A stretch of 64,000 nucleotides of DNA, taken from NCBI GenBank assembly GCA_019637295.1, contig JAHBVX010000011.1:17735-81734 (forward strand). Direction: 5' to 3'. The DNA comes from Polyangiaceae bacterium. Its GTDB lineage: Bacteria > Myxococcota_A > Polyangia > Polyangiales > Polyangiaceae. Each line of letters starts with the position of its first letter. The first letter of the stretch is position 1. Positions 9,210 to 17,389 of this stretch are shown piece by piece. The notes under the pieces are model-generated. The model worked only from the letters and a program-made list of their open reading frames with translations. It had not been told where the DNA came from and did no database searches. The position numbers and the translations under genes were made by a program.

Positions 9210-12200
9210 ATGAACGAGAACCCATTCCTTCTCAGCCGGCTCGCAGCGCGTGCGGGCGCCGCAGCGTTGGTTGGTCTTGCCGCTCTTGCGGTAGCGGCGC
9301 GCCCCGCCTTGGCCCAGCCCTACGACTGCAACTCGCCCAACCCCGCGATGTGGCCGCCCCCGGCCAAGCCCTACTTCATGGTCGTGGTGGACACCTCGGG
9401 GAGCATGGCGGCGTGTACCAACCCACAGACGGCCTGGCCCCAGACCTGCGCGGACGTCGGCGGTGGCGTCAACAACTCGTGCGGCTGGCAGCCCTTGCGG
9501 GTGAACGACGCCAAGTGCGCGCTGCGGAACACCCTCTGGGCCTTCGCGGGCGAGGCGAACTTCGGGTTGGCGTCCTTCTCTCGCACCCTCACGGGCTGCC
9601 CCTCCGCGTGCAACTGGGGCCAGGTCTGGAACAGCACCTTCTGGTATCGCTACGCCTACAACGGCTGCGGCTTCGGGGGCACCGCCTGCGGCGGCGCCAA
9701 CATGCTGGTCGGCATGCAGCTGGATGCGACGCCGACGCCGCCCAGCAACGTCCCCTCCATGGTCGAGTACATGGATCACAACTGCGGCGACAACAAGGAG
9801 CTGTTCGCCTACGACGCCACGCCCATCGGCGCGTCGCTGCAGAACGTTCGGACCTATTTCCAGAGCGGGCTCCCCGGCTTCCCGTCGCCCCTCAACGCCC
9901 AAGATCCCGCCTGCCGCTCCCTGAACGTCATCCTGATGACGGACGGCGGCGAGACCTGCAGCGGTGACCCGGTCACCGCGGCTCAGCAGCTCTACACCGG
10001 CTTCACCAAGGACGGGATCTTCAGGCGCATTTACACTCACGTCATCGCCTTCAACGTGGATGCTCCAGCGGATCAAACCCTGCTGAACAACGTGCACAAG
10101 ATGGGCCAGTGCGGGACCACGACCGGGGCCTGCGCGAACGCCGTGAGCGCCATTCAGGCCAGCGACGAGGTGTCTCTGTCGCAGGCCTTCGCCACGATCA
10201 TCTCCGGCGCGGTGAAGCCGGAGACCTGCAACAACGCGGACGACAACTGCAACGGCTGCATCGACGAGGGCTACGCGCGGTACTGCAACGTGAAGCCCGC
10301 AGGGCAGTGCTGTACGTGGGGCAACCCGACGCAGCGCAACACCTGCCTGACGAACTACCAGAACTCGATCACGCCGAGCAACCCGCAGGGGAACGTGGCG
10401 CTCTTGCCGTGCACGACGGTGGCGCAGTCGCAGAACCCGGCGACGTGGCTGTGCTTCAACCCGGGCGAGCTGTGCGACGACGCGGACAACAACTGCAACG
10501 GGCAGACGGACGAGACCTTCAACAAGTGCGGCAACCCGCTGAAGTGCCCCGGTCCGGAGCTGTGCAACGGCGAGGACGACGACTGCGACGGCATCATCGA
10601 CAACGCGGCGGGCAGCGGCGTCCCCTACAGCGCGTGTCCCAACCAGTGCCAGCCGAGCGCGGAGATCTGCGACGGCTGCGACAACAACTGCAACGGGATC
10701 GCGGACGACGGGGTGGCGGACATCCCGTGCGGCTTCTCGCCGCCGGGCAACTGCGCGGGCGTGCGCACGTGCGTGAGCAAGGGGGTGGCGGTGCCGGTGG
10801 GCGGGTGCGTCGGGCCAACCGCGCCGAAGGGCTTCGGAGCGTGCTCGAACACGCCGCAGCCGGAGATCTGCGACGGGCTGGACAACAACTGTAACGGCAC
10901 GGTGGACGAGGGGATCGCGCCTGGGGCGTGCGAGATCCCTGGTCAGCCCGGGCTGAAGTACCAGGAAGACGGCTTCCCGCTGAGCCAGTGCAAGAAGGGG
11001 ATCTTGCCGTGCAACGGGACGTGCAGCGGTTGGACGGGACCGAGCGCGGAGATTTGCGACGGCATCGACAACGACTGCGACGGGATCGTGGACAACAACA
11101 TCCCGGGTCTGGGTCAGGAGTGCGGGCTGGCGACGGGCCAGTGCAGCAAGGGTCAGACGGCGTGCGTGGGCGGAGTGATCGTGTGCCAGGGCGGGACGCA
11201 GCCGCAGCCGGAGATCTGCGACGGCCTGGACAACGACTGCGACGGGACGACGGACAACGCGCCGATGGTGGACCAGCCGAGCAACCCGGGTTGCTGGAGC
11301 CTGCCGGCGACGGGGTGCAGTCCGACCTGCAGCCACCAGAACGTGTCGTGGTGTCCGCCGGCGGGCGGGACGTGCACGGGGACGGGTACGCTGAGCACGC
11401 CGTGCCAGACGGGTACGCTGGTGTGCGACGGAGCAAACCAGTGGAAGTGCCAGGGCGGAGTGGTGCCGACGGCGGAGGTGTGCGACGGGGTGGACAACAA
11501 CTGCAACAGCCAGGTGGACGAGAGCCTGGGCGCGCCGGTGGGCCAGTCCTGCGGGTCGAGCGTTGGGGAGTGCTCTCCGGGCGTGAACGTGTGCGTGAGC
11601 GGAGTGATCCAGTGCCAGGGCGGGCAAGGTCCGACGCCGGAGGTGTGTGACGGACTGGACAACGACTGCGATGGCGACATCGACAACGGCATCCCGCTGG
11701 GTGGGGCGTGCACGCCGGTGTACGACACGAACCTGTACCCCGGGGATCGGACGAAGGGCGTGTGCAAGCCGGGGGTGCTGGCGTGCGACGGGCAGGGCGG
11801 GACGGTGTGCGTTGGCGGCGTGGGCCCGAGCGCGGAGATCTGCGACGGAGTGGACAACGACTGCGACGGCCAGGTGGACGAGCCCGGGCCTGCCCCGGAC
11901 GGGATCAACGGGACGGAGGACCCGCTGCAGCCCGGGGTGAAGATCGGGGACGCTTGCGGGACGAGCGTTGGGGAGTGCAAGCCCGGGCAGTACGCCTGCG
12001 CGGGCGGGAAGTTCGTGTGCCTGGGCGGAGTGGGTCCGAACCCCGAGGTGTGCGACTGCCTGGACAACGACTGCGACGGCCAGGTGGACAACGAGCCGGC
12101 GGCGGGTTCGCTGTGCAGCACGGGCAAGACGTGTGTGGCGGTGGCTGGAGGGAACTGCCAGTGCGCGGAGCCGTGCGCGGGCGGAGAGTTCCCGTGCCCG

Positions 12201-13196
12201 ACGAGCTTCGAGTGCAAGAACGTGACGAAGAGCGGGACGGGTCAGGCCCTCGGTGACTACTGCGTGAACGACGGCTGCGGGGACTGCACGACGAAGACGG
12301 TGAAGGACCAGCAGACGGGGGTGACGCTGTGTGGTCCGGAGGGAACGGCGGGCAGCAAGCCCGAGTGCGTGTGCAAGGCGAACAAGTGCCAGCACCCGTG
12401 CGCGAACATCCAGTGCCCGACGGGTCAAGAGTGCGCGCTGCAGGGGTCGAGCGCTGGGACGTGCCAGCCGACGGGCAACTGCTTCTTCTTCGGCTGCGAC
12501 GCGGGCGAGGTGTGCAACGGCGGGGTGTGCGTGGCCGACCCGTGCACGCCGAACCCGTGCCAGGCGGACGAGGTGTGCAAGCCGAACGCGACCTTCAGCG
12601 AGCCACGCTGCGTGGGGTCGTGCGCGAGCGTGACGTGTCCGACTGGGCAGCAGTGCGTGGAGGGACAGTGCGAGGAGACGGGCTGCGCGCAGGGCTGCGC
12701 GCCGGGCGAGGTGTGCCAGCCCACGGGTGATGGCGGCTACGCTTGCGGCCCGAACCAGTGCGCGACGGACGCGGGTCAGCCGTGCAGCAACGGCGCGTGG
12801 TGCAACCCGGCGACGGGCGCGTGCGGCAACGAGCCCTGCGAGGGTGTGGTTTGCCCGGTCGCGCAGCTGTGCGCCGAGGGTCAGTGCATCTGGGCGCCCG
12901 AGGGCGGCGCGGGCACCGGCGGCAGCGGCACCGGCGGCAGCGGCACCGGCGGCAGCGGCACCGGCGGCGCCGGACCGGACGCGGGCCTGGGCGGCGGAAG
13001 TGGCGGAAACATCAGCGTTCCGACCACCGACCCCGAGCGCGGGGTCTGGGGCCTGGCCACCGGCGGCGGCGGCTGCGCCTGCCGCGCGGCCGGGACCGAC
13101 CGGCGCACGCCGCTCGGCGCGGCCTTGGCATTCGGCGCTCTGGCGGTCGCTCTTGGCTTCCGCCGGCGACGCCGAGGTGCTCTTCTAGGAGGCTGA
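9210..13196 (+). CDS. giant secreted surface protein, paralog A: VWA/MIDAS-like head, 11 CDGxDNDCDGxxDE metal-binding-type repeats, Cys-rich EGF-like stalk, (GTGGS)n linker, MYXO-CTERM
   Basis: 1328 aa with signal peptide ...LAALAVAARPALAQ. The head carries PYFMVVVDTSGSM (a DxSGS MIDAS motif) and NVILMTDGGETCSGD. The repeats include EICDGIDNDCDGIVDN and EVCDGLDNDCDGDIDNG. The C-terminus is GGGGCACRAAG...ALAVALGFRRRRRG. Confidence 0.9.
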   Translation: MNENPFLLSRLAARAGAAALVGLAALAVAARPALAQPYDCNSPNPAMWPPPAKPYFMVVVDTSGSMAACTNPQTAWPQTCADVGGGVNNSCGWQPLRVNDAKCALRNTLWAFAGEANFGLASFSRTLTGCPSACNWGQVWNSTFWYRYAYNGCGFGGTACGGANMLVGMQLDATPTPPSNVPSMVEYMDHNCGDNKELFAYDATPIGASLQNVRTYFQSGLPGFPSPLNAQDPACRSLNVILMTDGGETCSGDPVTAAQQLYTGFTKDGIFRRIYTHVIAFNVDAPADQTLLNNVHKMGQCGTTTGACANAVSAIQASDEVSLSQAFATIISGAVKPETCNNADDNCNGCIDEGYARYCNVKPAGQCCTWGNPTQRNTCLTNYQNSITPSNPQGNVALLPCTTVAQSQNPATWLCFNPGELCDDADNNCNGQTDETFNKCGNPLKCPGPELCNGEDDDCDGIIDNAAGSGVPYSACPNQCQPSAEICDGCDNNCNGIADDGVADIPCGFSPPGNCAGVRTCVSKGVAVPVGGCVGPTAPKGFGACSNTPQPEICDGLDNNCNGTVDEGIAPGACEIPGQPGLKYQEDGFPLSQCKKGILPCNGTCSGWTGPSAEICDGIDNDCDGIVDNNIPGLGQECGLATGQCSKGQTACVGGVIVCQGGTQPQPEICDGLDNDCDGTTDNAPMVDQPSNPGCWSLPATGCSPTCSHQNVSWCPPAGGTCTGTGTLSTPCQTGTLVCDGANQWKCQGGVVPTAEVCDGVDNNCNSQVDESLGAPVGQSCGSSVGECSPGVNVCVSGVIQCQGGQGPTPEVCDGLDNDCDGDIDNGIPLGGACTPVYDTNLYPGDRTKGVCKPGVLACDGQGGTVCVGGVGPSAEICDGVDNDCDGQVDEPGPAPDGINGTEDPLQPGVKIGDACGTSVGECKPGQYACAGGKFVCLGGVGPNPEVCDCLDNDCDGQVDNEPAAGSLCSTGKTCVAVAGGNCQCAEPCAGGEFPCPTSFECKNVTKSGTGQALGDYCVNDGCGDCTTKTVKDQQTGVTLCGPEGTAGSKPECVCKANKCQHPCANIQCPTGQECALQGSSAGTCQPTGNCFFFGCDAGEVCNGGVCVADPCTPNPCQADEVCKPNATFSEPRCVGSCASVTCPTGQQCVEGQCEETGCAQGCAPGEVCQPTGDGGYACGPNQCATDAGQPCSNGAWCNPATGACGNEPCEGVVCPVAQLCAEGQCIWAPEGGAGTGGSGTGGSGTGGSGTGGAGPDAGLGGGSGGNISVPTTDPERGVWGLATGGGGCACRAAGTDRRTPLGAALAFGALAVALGFRRRRRGALLGG
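10207..13177 (+). repeat. direct repeat copy 1 (about 2.97 kb, near-identical to 14367..17337)
   Basis: Line-by-line comparison at a constant 4160-nt offset. I saw substitutions only at 10226, 10268, 10271, 10314, 10466, 10637, 10640, 10644, 10646 and 13160. Alternate-frame ORFs in the track are identical between copies (for example 11153..12217 versus 15313..16377). Confidence 0.95.
12912..12968 (+). repeat. in-frame 15-nt tandem repeat ggcaccggcggcagc (about 3.8 units) encoding a (GTGGS)n linker
   Basis: Read directly: ggcaccggcggcagc x3, then ggcaccggcggcgcc. It translates to GTGGSGTGGSGTGGSGTGGA. Confidence 0.9.
13062..13196 (+). other. MYXO-CTERM-type sorting tag (tag 2 of 5)
   Basis: GGGGCACRAAGTDRRTPLGAALAFGALAVALGFRRRRRGALLGG-stop. 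Confidence 0.8.
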
Positions 13197-13216
13197 GGCT
13201 CTTTCTCGAACGGGAC

Positions 13217-16200
13217 ATGATGCAGAAGCACACAGTGCGAGCGACCAGTCGGCGCAGGCTCGGGTTCTGGGCGGCAGCAGCGGCCAGCGGGGTGGCAGCC
13301 TTGGCCCTGTGCAGCCCACGATCGGCCGCAGCGCAACCCTACGACTGCAACTCGCCCAACCCTGCGATGTGGCCGCCGCCGGCGAAGCCCTACTTCATGC
13401 TCCTGGTCGACACGTCGGGCAGCATGGTGGGGTGCACCAACCCCTCCACCTCGAACTACCAGTTTCCGAACTCGTGTCCCAGCACCGCGCCGCAGAACTC
13501 CTGCGGCATGGAGCCTACCCGCATCAACGACGCCAAGTGTGCGCTCCGGCAGACCGTGCAGGCGTTCGCCGGCGAGGTGAACTTCGGCCTGGCGACCTTC
13601 CCGGTCAACCTCGCGGGCTGCGGGAACGGAGCGTGCGTGGACACCTGCACGGCGGCCAGTGGCTCGTGCACGCTCTCCGGCGGCGTGGGTACCTCCGGCG
13701 AGTACCACGCCGGCAACGGCTGCTCGGTCACCGGCTACACGAACACGAGCGATGGCGCGAGCTGCGGCAACTTCCCGAGCTGCGGTCCCGCCGGTCCCGC
13801 CGCCCCCAACTTGGCCAAGGGCACCTGGCGCAACGGCGGCAAGATCGTGGTCGACATGCTGCGCGACACCACCCCCCCCGGAGCCAGCAACGTGGCCACC
13901 CTGCTCGAGTGGTTCGACGGCAACTGCAACAACAGCCGAGAGCTGTTCGCGATCGGGGGCACGCCCATCGGCGGGTCCCTGCGCACCATTCACCAGTACT
14001 TCCTCGCCGGTTGGAACTCCGGCTGGCACACGACGAACTACTGCGCCAGCGGGCTGTCCTACACGAGCCCCACCCCCATGGACCCCGCGGACCCGCAGTG
14101 CCGCAACTTGAACGTCATCCTGGTGACGGACGGCGACCCGAGCTGCGGAGACACCGTGGCCTCGTCCGTCAGCGCGGCGCAGGCGCTCTTCCAGCAGGGA
14201 GTCACCTTTGGGGGCAAGAACTTCCCCGTGCGGACCCACGTCATCAACTTCGCTGGTGGCGTCCAGTCCACCACGGACCAGATCGCGGCGGCGGGCGGCA
14301 CGGTGGCGTCACTCTCGGCCAACAACGAGGTCACCCTCGCGCAGGCGCTCTCGACGATCATCGCGAGCGCGGTGAAGCCGGAGACGTGCAACAACGCGGA
14401 CGACAACTGCAACGGCTGCATCGACGAAGGTTACGCGCGGTACTGCAACGTGAAGCCCGCAGGGCAGTGCTGTGCGTGGGGCAACCCGACGCAGCGCAAC
14501 ACCTGCCTGACGAACTACCAGAACTCGATCACGCCGAGCAACCCGCAGGGGAACGTGGCGCTCTTGCCGTGCACGACGGTGGCGCAGTCGCAGAACCCGG
14601 CGACGTGGCTGTGCTTCAACCCGGGGGAGCTGTGCGACGACGCGGACAACAACTGCAACGGGCAGACGGACGAGACCTTCAACAAGTGCGGCAACCCGCT
14701 GAAGTGCCCCGGTCCGGAGCTGTGCAACGGCGAGGACGACGACTGCGACGGCATCATCGACAACGCGGCGGGCAGCGGCGTCCCCTACAGCGCGTGCCCA
14801 AACAATTGCCAGCCGAGCGCGGAGATCTGCGACGGCTGCGACAACAACTGCAACGGGATCGCGGACGACGGGGTGGCGGACATCCCGTGCGGCTTCTCGC
14901 CGCCGGGCAACTGCGCGGGCGTGCGCACGTGCGTGAGCAAGGGGGTGGCGGTGCCGGTGGGCGGGTGCGTCGGGCCAACCGCGCCGAAGGGCTTCGGAGC
15001 GTGCTCGAACACGCCGCAGCCGGAGATCTGCGACGGGCTGGACAACAACTGTAACGGCACGGTGGACGAGGGGATCGCGCCTGGGGCGTGCGAGATCCCT
15101 GGTCAGCCCGGGCTGAAGTACCAGGAAGACGGCTTCCCGCTGAGCCAGTGCAAGAAGGGGATCTTGCCGTGCAACGGGACGTGCAGCGGTTGGACGGGAC
15201 CGAGCGCGGAGATTTGCGACGGCATCGACAACGACTGCGACGGGATCGTGGACAACAACATCCCGGGTCTGGGTCAGGAGTGCGGGCTGGCGACGGGCCA
15301 GTGCAGCAAGGGTCAGACGGCGTGCGTGGGCGGAGTGATCGTGTGCCAGGGCGGGACGCAGCCGCAGCCGGAGATCTGCGACGGCCTGGACAACGACTGC
15401 GACGGGACGACGGACAACGCGCCGATGGTGGACCAGCCGAGCAACCCGGGTTGCTGGAGCCTGCCGGCGACGGGGTGCAGTCCGACCTGCAGCCACCAGA
15501 ACGTGTCGTGGTGTCCGCCGGCGGGCGGGACGTGCACGGGGACGGGTACGCTGAGCACGCCGTGCCAGACGGGTACGCTGGTGTGCGACGGAGCAAACCA
15601 GTGGAAGTGCCAGGGCGGAGTGGTGCCGACGGCGGAGGTGTGCGACGGGGTGGACAACAACTGCAACAGCCAGGTGGACGAGAGCCTGGGCGCGCCGGTG
15701 GGCCAGTCCTGCGGGTCGAGCGTTGGGGAGTGCTCTCCGGGCGTGAACGTGTGCGTGAGCGGAGTGATCCAGTGCCAGGGCGGGCAAGGTCCGACGCCGG
15801 AGGTGTGTGACGGACTGGACAACGACTGCGATGGCGACATCGACAACGGCATCCCGCTGGGTGGGGCGTGCACGCCGGTGTACGACACGAACCTGTACCC
15901 CGGGGATCGGACGAAGGGCGTGTGCAAGCCGGGGGTGCTGGCGTGCGACGGGCAGGGCGGGACGGTGTGCGTTGGCGGCGTGGGCCCGAGCGCGGAGATC
16001 TGCGACGGAGTGGACAACGACTGCGACGGCCAGGTGGACGAGCCCGGGCCTGCCCCGGACGGGATCAACGGGACGGAGGACCCGCTGCAGCCCGGGGTGA
16101 AGATCGGGGACGCTTGCGGGACGAGCGTTGGGGAGTGCAAGCCCGGGCAGTACGCCTGCGCGGGCGGGAAGTTCGTGTGCCTGGGCGGAGTGGGTCCGAA

Positions 16201-17389
16201 CCCCGAGGTGTGCGACTGCCTGGACAACGACTGCGACGGCCAGGTGGACAACGAGCCGGCGGCGGGTTCGCTGTGCAGCACGGGCAAGACGTGTGTGGCG
16301 GTGGCTGGAGGGAACTGCCAGTGCGCGGAGCCGTGCGCGGGCGGAGAGTTCCCGTGCCCGACGAGCTTCGAGTGCAAGAACGTGACGAAGAGCGGGACGG
16401 GTCAGGCCCTCGGTGACTACTGCGTGAACGACGGCTGCGGGGACTGCACGACGAAGACGGTGAAGGACCAGCAGACGGGGGTGACGCTGTGTGGTCCGGA
16501 GGGAACGGCGGGCAGCAAGCCCGAGTGCGTGTGCAAGGCGAACAAGTGCCAGCACCCGTGCGCGAACATCCAGTGCCCGACGGGTCAAGAGTGCGCGCTG
16601 CAGGGGTCGAGCGCTGGGACGTGCCAGCCGACGGGCAACTGCTTCTTCTTCGGCTGCGACGCGGGCGAGGTGTGCAACGGCGGGGTGTGCGTGGCCGACC
16701 CGTGCACGCCGAACCCGTGCCAGGCGGACGAGGTGTGCAAGCCGAACGCGACCTTCAGCGAGCCACGCTGCGTGGGGTCGTGCGCGAGCGTGACGTGTCC
16801 GACTGGGCAGCAGTGCGTGGAGGGACAGTGCGAGGAGACGGGCTGCGCGCAGGGCTGCGCGCCGGGCGAGGTGTGCCAGCCCACGGGTGATGGCGGCTAC
16901 GCTTGCGGCCCGAACCAGTGCGCGACGGACGCGGGTCAGCCGTGCAGCAACGGCGCGTGGTGCAACCCGGCGACGGGCGCGTGCGGCAACGAGCCCTGCG
17001 AGGGTGTGGTTTGCCCGGTCGCGCAGCTGTGCGCCGAGGGTCAGTGCATCTGGGCGCCCGAGGGCGGCGCGGGCACCGGCGGCAGCGGCACCGGCGGCAG
17101 CGGCACCGGCGGCAGCGGCACCGGCGGCGCCGGACCGGACGCGGGCCTGGGCGGCGGAAGTGGCGGAAACATCAGCGTTCCGACCACCGACCCCGAGCGC
17201 GGGGTCTGGGGCCTGGCCACCGGCGGCGGCGGCTGCGCCTGCCGCGCGGCCGGGACCGACCGGCGCACGCCGCTCGGCGCGGCCTTGGCATTCGGCGCTC
17301 TGGCGGTCGCTCTTGGCTTGCGCCGGCGACGCCGAGGCCCCTCGAGAGACGAAACGGTCGACGGCATGACTGAAGGAGACGCGCGATGA
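13217..17389 (+). CDS. giant secreted surface protein, paralog B: divergent VWA/MIDAS-like head, with stalk and MYXO-CTERM almost identical to paralog A
   Basis: In-frame ATG at 13217 (MMQKHTVRATSRRRLGFWAAAAASGVAALALC...AAAQ) within ORF 12743..17389, giving 1390 aa. The head has PYFMLLVDTSGSM and NVILVTDGDPSCGD. From AVKPETCNNADDNCNG onward it matches paralog A. The C-terminus is GGGGCACRAAG...ALGLRRRRRG plus a 16-aa tail. Confidence 0.9.
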   Translation: MMQKHTVRATSRRRLGFWAAAAASGVAALALCSPRSAAAQPYDCNSPNPAMWPPPAKPYFMLLVDTSGSMVGCTNPSTSNYQFPNSCPSTAPQNSCGMEPTRINDAKCALRQTVQAFAGEVNFGLATFPVNLAGCGNGACVDTCTAASGSCTLSGGVGTSGEYHAGNGCSVTGYTNTSDGASCGNFPSCGPAGPAAPNLAKGTWRNGGKIVVDMLRDTTPPGASNVATLLEWFDGNCNNSRELFAIGGTPIGGSLRTIHQYFLAGWNSGWHTTNYCASGLSYTSPTPMDPADPQCRNLNVILVTDGDPSCGDTVASSVSAAQALFQQGVTFGGKNFPVRTHVINFAGGVQSTTDQIAAAGGTVASLSANNEVTLAQALSTIIASAVKPETCNNADDNCNGCIDEGYARYCNVKPAGQCCAWGNPTQRNTCLTNYQNSITPSNPQGNVALLPCTTVAQSQNPATWLCFNPGELCDDADNNCNGQTDETFNKCGNPLKCPGPELCNGEDDDCDGIIDNAAGSGVPYSACPNNCQPSAEICDGCDNNCNGIADDGVADIPCGFSPPGNCAGVRTCVSKGVAVPVGGCVGPTAPKGFGACSNTPQPEICDGLDNNCNGTVDEGIAPGACEIPGQPGLKYQEDGFPLSQCKKGILPCNGTCSGWTGPSAEICDGIDNDCDGIVDNNIPGLGQECGLATGQCSKGQTACVGGVIVCQGGTQPQPEICDGLDNDCDGTTDNAPMVDQPSNPGCWSLPATGCSPTCSHQNVSWCPPAGGTCTGTGTLSTPCQTGTLVCDGANQWKCQGGVVPTAEVCDGVDNNCNSQVDESLGAPVGQSCGSSVGECSPGVNVCVSGVIQCQGGQGPTPEVCDGLDNDCDGDIDNGIPLGGACTPVYDTNLYPGDRTKGVCKPGVLACDGQGGTVCVGGVGPSAEICDGVDNDCDGQVDEPGPAPDGINGTEDPLQPGVKIGDACGTSVGECKPGQYACAGGKFVCLGGVGPNPEVCDCLDNDCDGQVDNEPAAGSLCSTGKTCVAVAGGNCQCAEPCAGGEFPCPTSFECKNVTKSGTGQALGDYCVNDGCGDCTTKTVKDQQTGVTLCGPEGTAGSKPECVCKANKCQHPCANIQCPTGQECALQGSSAGTCQPTGNCFFFGCDAGEVCNGGVCVADPCTPNPCQADEVCKPNATFSEPRCVGSCASVTCPTGQQCVEGQCEETGCAQGCAPGEVCQPTGDGGYACGPNQCATDAGQPCSNGAWCNPATGACGNEPCEGVVCPVAQLCAEGQCIWAPEGGAGTGGSGTGGSGTGGSGTGGAGPDAGLGGGSGGNISVPTTDPERGVWGLATGGGGCACRAAGTDRRTPLGAALAFGALAVALGLRRRRRGPSRDETVDGMTEGDAR
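14367..17337 (+). repeat. direct repeat copy 2 (about 2.97 kb, near-identical to 10207..13177)
   Basis: Same comparison as copy 1. Identity begins at gcgcggtgaagccggagac and ends after gccgagg (17337). Confidence 0.95.
17072..17128 (+). repeat. same 15-nt tandem repeat in paralog B
   Basis: Identical sequence at a +4160 nt offset. Confidence 0.9.
17222..17389 (+). other. MYXO-CTERM-type sorting tag (tag 3 of 5) with an extra acidic tail
   Basis: GGGGCACRAAGTDRRTPLGAALAFGALAVALGLRRRRRGPSRDETVDGMTEGDAR-stop. Confidence 0.75.

Noticed and set aside
9015-12428. The upstream 1137 codons of the 1487-aa minus-strand ORF 7965..12428, and the similar 759-aa ORF 14309..16588.
   Set aside because: These are antisense to the clearly coding giant plus-strand genes. 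They have Arg/Ala/Val/His-rich low-information composition typical of wrong-frame GC-rich sequence. Only the last 349 codons (the WYL regulator, from ATG 9014) have recognisable domains.
12912-12968. Short tandem repeats and Gly-rich repeats (also 17072-17128 and 39690-39860) as possible CRISPR arrays or non-coding repeats.
   Set aside because: They are in frame inside coding sequences and encode Gly/Ser/Thr/Ala linkers. There is no repeat-spacer periodicity and there are no cas genes.
12743-13216. The N-terminal extension of the 1548-aa ORF 12743..17389, which would make paralog B overlap the end of paralog A.
   Set aside because: The extension is Arg/Gly-rich nonsense lying in an alternate frame of the paralog A stalk. 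A proper signal peptide begins at ATG 13217, just after the paralog A stop.
13217-13330. A twin-arginine (Tat) signal in paralog B (TSRRRLGFWAAAAA).
   Set aside because: It only loosely resembles S/T-R-R-x-F-L-K. A 1390-aa protein rich in disulfides, with a Sec-type paralog, is unlikely to be Tat-exported. It was left as an ordinary signal peptide.
10207-17337. Whether the 3-kb direct repeat marks a mobile element or composite transposon.
   Set aside because: The window has no transposase, integrase, terminal inverted repeats or target-site duplications. Both copies lie in frame within intact paralogous genes.
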